Positions 56,865 through 64,000 of a DNA stretch of 64,000 nt are shown here, piece by piece. The position numbers were made by a program, and so were the translations under genes. Numbering within the stretch: position 1 is the stretch's first letter; the number at the start of each line of letters is the position of its first letter. Below the pieces are notes generated by a model. That model was given only the letters and a program-made list of their open reading frames with translations, had not been told where the DNA came from and searched no databases. The stretch comes from the human T2T-CHM13v2.0 reference genome, Homo sapiens, in NCBI RefSeq assembly GCF_009914755.1, contig NC_060948.1. One strand, written 5' to 3'.

Positions 56865-59800
56865 GGACTAGAATGGAATGGATTCGAATGGAAGGCAAAG
56901 GAATGGAATCTATTGGAATGGACTGTAATGGAATGGAATGGAAGGGATTGGAATGGACTCGAATGGAATGGACTGCAATAGAAAGGATTCGAATGGAATG
57001 AAAAAGAATTGAATGGAATAGAACAGAATGGAATCAAATCGAATGAAATGGAATGGAATAGAAAGGAATGGAATGAAATGGAATGGAAAGGATTCGAATG
57101 GAATGCAATCGAATGGAATGGAATCGAACGGAATGGAATAAAATGGAAGAAAACTGGCAAGAAATGGAATCGAAATGAATGGAGTGTTATGGAACGGACT
57201 CAAAAGGAATTGAATGTAATAGAATGGAGTGGAGTGGACTCGAATATAATGGACTGGAATGGAATGAAATCACATGGAATGGGAACGAATGGAATGGAAT
57301 GGAAAGGAATGGAATCGAATGGAAAGGAATCGAATGGAAGGGAATGAAATTGAATCAACAGGAATGGAAGGGAATAGAATAGACGGTAATGGAATGGACT
57401 CGAATAGAATGGACACGAATGCTCAAATTGAATGGACTCCAATGGAATGGAAACGAAAGGAATGTCATCGAATAGAATTGAATCGATTGGAATGAAATCG
57501 CAAGAATGGAGTGGAATCAAATGGAATTGAATCGAAAGGAAAGGAAGCGAATGGACTGAAATGAAATGGAATGGAATTGAATGGAAAGTAATGCAATGGA
57601 ATAGAATGGAACGAAATTTCACGGAATGGAATCAAACTGAAAGGAATCAAATCAATGGAATCTAATCAAATGGAATGGAAGGGAATTGAATGGAGTAGAT
57701 TGGATTGGATGGGATTGGAGTGAAATGTACTGGAAAGGACTCGAATTTCATGAAACGGAATGGAATGAATTGGAACGGAATGGACTCGAATGGAATGGAA
57801 TGTCATGGAATGGCATCAAATGGAATGGCATCAAATGGAATGGAATCGAATGCAATGGAATGCTATGGAATGGAATGGAATGCATTGGAATGGAATGTCC
57901 TCTAATGGAATGGATTCGAGTGGAATGGAATCGAATATAATGGAGTCGAATGAAATGGAATTGAAAGGAATGGGATCGAATACAATGGAATATGCTGGAA
58001 TGTAATGTAATGAACTCGAATGTAATTGACTGGAATGGAATGTACATGAATGGAATGTAATCGAATGGAAAGTAATCCAATGGAATAGAATCTAATGCAA
58101 TAAAATCGACTCAGATAGAGTAGAATGTAATGGAATGGAGTGCAGTACAATGGAATGGAATGGAATGCAATGGAATGGAATGGAATGGAATGGAATGGGA
58201 TGGAATGGGATGGAATGGTATGGAATGGATAGTAATGGACTGGAGTGAAATGGACTGGAAAGGAATGGACTCAAATTGAAAGGGCTCGAAAGGAATGGAG
58301 TCAAATGGAATGGTCTGGAATGGAATGAACACGAATGTAATGCAATCCAATAGAATGGAATCGAATGGCATGGAATATAAAGAAATGGAATCGAAGAGAA
58401 TGGAAACAAATGGAATGGAATTGAATGGAATGGAATTGAATGGAATGGGAACGAATGGAGTGAAATTGTATGCAGTAGAAGGGAATAGAATGGAATGCAA
58501 GCGAAAGGAAAGGAATGGATTGGAATGGAATGGAATTCATTGGACTGGAAGGGAATGTAGTGTAATGGACAGGCCTGGAATAAAGTGGAATGCTACTGTC
58601 TCGAATGGAATAAAAATGTATGGAATGGAATGCAATGAAACGGAATCGAATGTCATAGAATGTAATGGAATGCAAAAAAATGGAATCCAAAATCATTGAC
58701 TGGAAAGGCTGGGTGTCAAAAGGAATTGACTCCAATGGAATGGAATCGAATGGAATGGAAGTGAATAGAATCGAACTAAATCGAATGGAATGGAATTGAT
58801 AGGAACGGAATGGAAAGGAATGCAATGAATTGGCATGGAATGGAATCGAATGGCATCGAATGGAATGGAATGGAATGCAATGGAATGGAATGTATTAGAA
58901 TGTAATGAACTTTAATGGAATGTACTCGAATGGATTCGACTGGAATGGAATGTTCTGGAAGTGAATGGACTCCAATGGAATGGATTCAAAAGGAATGGAA
59001 TCGTACGGAATGGAATCTAATGGAATGGAATTAAATGGAAATGAATCAAATTGAATAGCACGGAATTGAATTGAATGGAATGGAATGCAATGGAATCTAA
59101 TGAAACGGAAAGGAAAGGAATGGAATGGAATGGAATGGGCTGGAATGGAAAGGAATCGAAACGAATGGAATGGAATCGAACTGAAGAGACTGGAATGGAA
59201 TGCACTGGAATGGAAGAGAGTGTAATGGAAGGTTCTCGAAAAAAATGGAATCGAATGGAATGGAATTGAATGGAACGGAATAGAGTCGAATGGAATTGAA
59301 TGGAATGGAATGGACTAGAGTGAAATGGAATCGAACCACAAGGAATGGACAGGAATAGAATGGTCTCGAATTGAATGGAATCGTATGGAATGGCATCAAA
59401 CGGAATGGAATGGACAGCCACGGAATGGAATGCACTCGAATGCAATGGAGTCGAAACTAATGGACTGGAATAGAATGGACTCGACTGGTACGGACTCCAA
59501 TGGAATGGAATCGAATGGAAGGGAATCAAACGGAATGGACTCGAAGGGAAAAGACTGCAATGGAAAGGTCTCGAATGGAATGGAAATTAATGGAATGGAA
59601 TGGAATCGAATGAAATGGAGTCAAAAGGAATGGAATCGAATGGCAAGAAATCGAATGTAATGGAATCGCAAGGAATTGATGTGAACGGAACGGAATGGAA
59701 TGGAATCCAAAGGAATGGAATAGAATGGAATGGAATCGAATGGAAAGGACTCGAATGGAAATCACTCGAATAGAATGCAATTTAATAAAATAGGATCAAA

Positions 59801-60437
59801 TGTAATGGAATGGAATGGAAAGGAATCGAAACGAAAGGAATGGAGACAGATGGAATGGAATGGAACAGAGAGCAATGGTATAGAATGGAATGGAATCATC
59901 TGGAATGGAATTGAATGGAATGGAATAATATGAAATGGAATGGAATGGAATGGAATGGAATGGAATGGAATGGAATGGAATGCCCTTGAATTAAATGGAC
60001 TGGAATGGAATGGACTCGAACAGAGTGGAATGGAAAGTGTTGAGATAGAATGCAATGGACTCCTTCGGAATGGTCTAGTATGCAATGCAATCGACTGGCA
60101 GGGAATCAAAAGGAATGTAATCGAATGGATTGGACTGGAATGCAGTGGACTCGAATAGATTGGAAACGGAATGCAAAGGAATGGAATGGAATAGTATGGA
60201 ATGGAATGGAAAGGAATGGAGTGGAATAGACTAGAGTGGAATGGAATGGACTGGAAAGCAATGGACTGGAATGGAACTTTCTTGAATGGACTGGAATCAA
60301 ACGGAATGGAATGCAATGCAATCAAATGGCATGGAATAAAATAGAATGAAAGAGAATCAAATGGAATTGAATCGAATGGAATCGAATGGATTGGAAAGGA
60401 ATAGAATGGAATGGAATGGAATTGACTCAAATGGAAT
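56865..60437 (+). repeat. DYZ1 unit U17 (3573 bp), haplotype A
   Basis: Landmark recurrence; GGCC at 58572; shares GGAAGAGAGTG with U10. Confidence 0.9.
59937..59981 (+). repeat. Pure (GGAAT)9 tract, hypervariable site 2 (example in U17)
   Basis: Perfect pentamer run immediately before GCCCTTGAATT; about 4-9 copies depending on unit. Confidence 0.85.
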
Positions 60438-63400
60438 GGACTAGAATGGAATGGATTCGAATGGAAGGCAAAGGAATGGAATCTATTGGAATGGACTGTA
60501 ATGGAATGGAATGGAAGGGATTGGAATGGACTCGAATGGAATGGACTGCAATAGAAAGGATTCGAATGGAATGAAAAAGAATTGAACGGAATAGAACAGA
60601 ATGGAATCAAATCGAATGAAATGGAATGGAATAGAAAGGAATGGAATGAAATGGAATGGAAAGGATTCGAATGGAATGCAATCGAATGGAATGGAATCGA
60701 ACGGAATGGAATAAAATGGAAGAAAACTGGCAAGAAATGGAATCGAAATGAATGGAGTGTTATGGAACGGACTCAAAAGGAATTGAATGTAATAGAATGG
60801 AGTGGAGTGGACTCGAATATAATGGACTGGAATGGAATGAAATCACATGGAATGGGAACGAATGGAATGGAATGGAAAGGAATGGAATCGAATGGAAAGG
60901 AATCGAATGGAAGGGAATGAAATTGAATCAACAGGAATAGAAGGGAATAGAATAGACGGTAATGGAATGGACTCGAATAGAATGGACACGAATGCTCAAA
61001 TTGAATGGACTCCAATGGAATGGAAACGAAAGGAATGTCATCGAATAGAATTGAATCGATTGGAATGAAATCGCAAGAATGGAGTGGAATCAAATGGAAT
61101 TGAATCGAAAGGAAAGGAAGCGAATGGACTGAAATGAAATGGAATGGAATTGAATGGAAAGTAATGCAATGGAATAGAATGGAACGAAATTTCACGGAAT
61201 GGAATCAAACTGAAAGGAATCAAATCAATGGAATCTAATCAAATGGAATGGAAAGGAATTGAATGGAGTAGATTGGATTGGATGGGATTCTAGTGAAATG
61301 TACTGGAAAGGACTCGAATTTCATGAAACGGAATGGAATGAATTGGAACGGAATGGACTCGAATGGAATGGAATGTCATGGAATGGCATCAAATGGAATG
61401 GCATCAAATGGAATGGAATCGAATGCAATGGAATGCTATGGAATGGAATGGAATGCATTGGAATGGAATGTCCTCTAATGGAATGGATTCGAGTGGAATG
61501 GAATCAAATATAATGGAGTCGAATGAAATGGAATTGAAAGGAATGGGATCGAATGCAATGGAATATACTGGAATGTAATGTAATGAACTCGAATGTAATT
61601 GACTGGAATGGAATGTACATGAATGGAATGTAATCGAATGGAAAGTAATCCAATGGAATAGAATCTAATGCAATAAAATCGACTCAGATAGAGTAGAATG
61701 TAATGGATTGGAGTGCAGTGCAATGGAATGGAATGGAATGGAATGCAATTGAATGGAATGGAATGGAATGGGATGGAATGGTATGGAATGGATAGTAATG
61801 GACTGGAGTGAAATGGACTGGAAAGGAATGGACTCAAATTGAAAGGGCTCGAAAGGAATGGAGTCAAATGGAATGGTCTGGAATGGAATGAACACGAATG
61901 TAATGCAATCCAATAGAATGGAATCGAATGGCATGGAATATAAAGAAATGGAATCGAAGAGAATGGAAACAAATGGAATGGAATTGAATGGAATGGAATT
62001 GAATGGAATGCGAACGAATGGAGTGAAATTGTATGCAGTAGAAGGGAATAGAATGGAATGCAAGCGAAAGGAAAGGAATGGATTGGAATGGAATGGAATT
62101 CATTGGAATGGAAGGGAATGTAGTGTAATGGACAGGCCTGGAATAAAGTGGAATGCTACTGTCTCGAATGGAGTAAAAATGTATGGAATGGAATGCAATG
62201 AAACGGAATCGAATGTCATAGAATGTAATGGAATGCAAAAAAATGGAATCCAAAATCATTGACTGGAAAGGCTGGGTGTCGAAAGGAATTGACTCCAATG
62301 GAATGGAATCGAATGGAATGGAAGTGAATAGAATCGAACTAAATCGAATGGAATGGAATTGATAGGAACGGAATGGAAAGGAATGCAATGATTTGGCATG
62401 GAATGGAATCGAATGGCATCGAATGGAATGGAATGGAATGCAATGGAATGGAATGTATTAGAATGTAATGAACTTTAATGGAATGTACTCGAATGGATTC
62501 GACTGGAATGGAATGTTCTGGAAGTGAATGGACTCCAATGGAATGGATTCAAAAGGAATGGAATCGTACGGAATGGAATCTAATGGAATGGAATTAAATG
62601 GAAATGAATCAAATTGAATAGCACGGAATTGAATTGAATGGAATGGAATGCAATGGAATCTAATGAAACGGAAAGGAAAGGAATGGAATGGAATGGAATG
62701 GGCTGGAATGGAAAGGAATCGAAACGAATGGAATGGAATCGAACTGAAGAGACTGGAATGGAATGCACTGGAATGGAAGGGAGTGTAATGGAAGGTTCTC
62801 GAAAAAAATGGAATGGAATGGAATGGAATTGAATGGAACGGAATAGAGTCGAATGGAATTGAATGGAATGGAATGGACTAGAGTGAAATGGAATCGAACC
62901 GCAAGGAATGGACAGGAATAGAATGGTCTCGAATTGAATGGAATCGTATGGAATGGCATCAAACGGAATGGAATGGACAGCCACGGAATGGAATGCACTC
63001 GAATGCAATGGAGTCGAAACTAATGGACTGGAATAGAATGGACTCGACTGGTACGGACTCCAATGGAATGGAATCGAATGGAAGGGAATCGAACGGAATG
63101 GACTCGAAGGGAAAAGACTGCAATGGAAAGGTCTCGAATGGAATGGAAATTAATGGAATGGAATGGAATCGAATGAAATGGAGTCAAAAGGAATGGAATC
63201 GAATGGCAAGAAATCGAATGTAATGGAATCGCAAGGAATTGATGTGAACGGAACGGAATGGAATGGAATCCAAAGGAATGGAATAGAATGGAATGGAATC
63301 GAATGGAAAGGACTCGAATGGAAATCACTCGAATAGAATGCAATTTAATAAAATAGGATCAAATGTAATGGAATGGAATGGAAAGGAATCGAAACGAAAG

Positions 63401-63980
63401 GAATGGAGACAGATGGAATGGAATGGAACAGAGAGCAATGGTATAGAATGGAATGGAATCATCTGGAATGGAATTGAATGGAATGGAATAATATGAAATG
63501 GAATGGAATGGAATGGAATGGAATGTCCTTGAATTAAATGGACTGGAATGGAATGGACTCGAACAGAGTGGAATGGAAAGTGTTGAGATAGAATGCAATG
63601 GACTCCTTTGGAATGGTGTAGTATGCAATGCAATCGACTGGCAGGGAATCAAAAGGAATGTAATGGAATGGATTGGACTGGAATGCAATGGACTCGAATA
63701 GATTGGAAACGGAATGCAAAGGAATGGAATGGAATAGTATGGAATGGAATGGAAAGGAATGGAGTGGAATAGACTAGAGTGGAATGGAATGGACTGGAAA
63801 GCAATGGACTGGAATGGAACTTTCTTGAATGGACTGGAATCAAACGGAATGGAATGCAATGCAATCAAATGGCATGGAATAAAATAGAATGAAAGAGAAT
63901 CAAATGGAATTGAATCGAATGGAATCGAATGGATTGGAAAGGAATAGAATGGAATGGAATGGAATTGACTCAAATGGAAT
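60438..63980 (+). repeat. DYZ1 unit U18 (3543 bp), partial haplotype A (mosaic)
   Basis: Landmark at 60438 and 63981; GGCC at 62135; A-type markers only in the first ~850 bp. Confidence 0.9.
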
Positions 63981-64000
63981 GGACTAGAATGGAATGGATT

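Larger units (their letters stand above)
1..64000 (+). repeat. DYZ1: Human satellite 3 (HSat3) tandem array, DYZ1 family (Yq12 heterochromatin); degenerate (GGAAT)n pentamer with ~3.55 kb macro-period
   Basis: Seen: GGAAT-derived pentamers throughout; unique landmarks (AAGAAAACTGGCAAG, GGCTGGGTGTCG, GCCCTTGAATT, GGACAGCCACGG) recur every 3.52-3.58 kb. Established knowledge (recalled, not searched): DYZ1 is a ~3.56 kb HaeIII-defined (TTCCA)n repeat whose reference begins CCTGTCCATTACACTAC, the reverse complement of GTAGTGTAATGGACAGG present here. Confidence 0.96.

Noticed and set aside
46-63973. Hundreds of 60-323 aa ORFs on both strands (MEWNG- and IPFHS-rich), e.g. 59762-60733 on the minus strand
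   Set aside because: A 5-bp repeat translates to a 5-aa periodic peptide, and perfect (GGAAT)n/(ATTCC)n has no stop codon in any frame. ORF ends shift between units with pentamer indels and there is no domain-like sequence. They are artefacts.
1-64000. Repeat-spacer-like alternation resembling a CRISPR array
   Set aside because: There are no fixed-length repeats with unique spacers; the variable pentamers recur every 3.55 kb, and no cas-like ORFs are present.
1-64000. DYZ2 (HSat1B), Alu/L1 insertion or strand inversion within the array
   Set aside because: I saw no AT-rich block, poly(A) tail, non-pentamer insert longer than 8 bp, or switch to ATTCC on the + strand.
1-64000. Assignment to HSat2 or an autosomal HSat3 subfamily
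   Set aside because: The CATTCGATTC/ATCATCGAAT-dominated pattern of HSat2 is lacking, and the 3.55 kb period with the single HaeIII site fits DYZ1. A Yq12 block translocated elsewhere cannot be excluded from sequence alone.

Overview
The whole 64 kb window is one uninterrupted, single-orientation block of human satellite 3: a degenerate (GGAAT)n pentamer on the + strand, organised into 18 complete head-to-tail macro-units of about 3.55 kb (3524-3584 bp; 63,980 bp/18 = 3554 bp average) plus 20 bp of a 19th. Unit length, a once-per-unit HaeIII site in GGACAGGCCTGGAATAAAGTGG and the flanking sequence match the DYZ1 repeat of human Yq12 heterochromatin. I see no genes, RNA genes, transposons, DYZ2 block, inversion or CRISPR array. 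All listed ORFs are translation artefacts of the pentamer (MEWNG/IPFHS periodicity). I cannot support a novel gene-encoded system here. What is worth attention is the variant architecture: a left domain (units 1-7) and a right domain (units 8-18) joined inside unit 8; two unit haplotypes alternating B-A-B-A-B-B-A-B-A-A; superimposed 3-, 7- and 8-unit duplication signatures with mosaic patches; four fixed pentamer-phase breaks per unit; two hypervariable pure (GGAAT)n tracts; and repeated tandem double-base substitutions. All variant calls were made by eye and need alignment to confirm.
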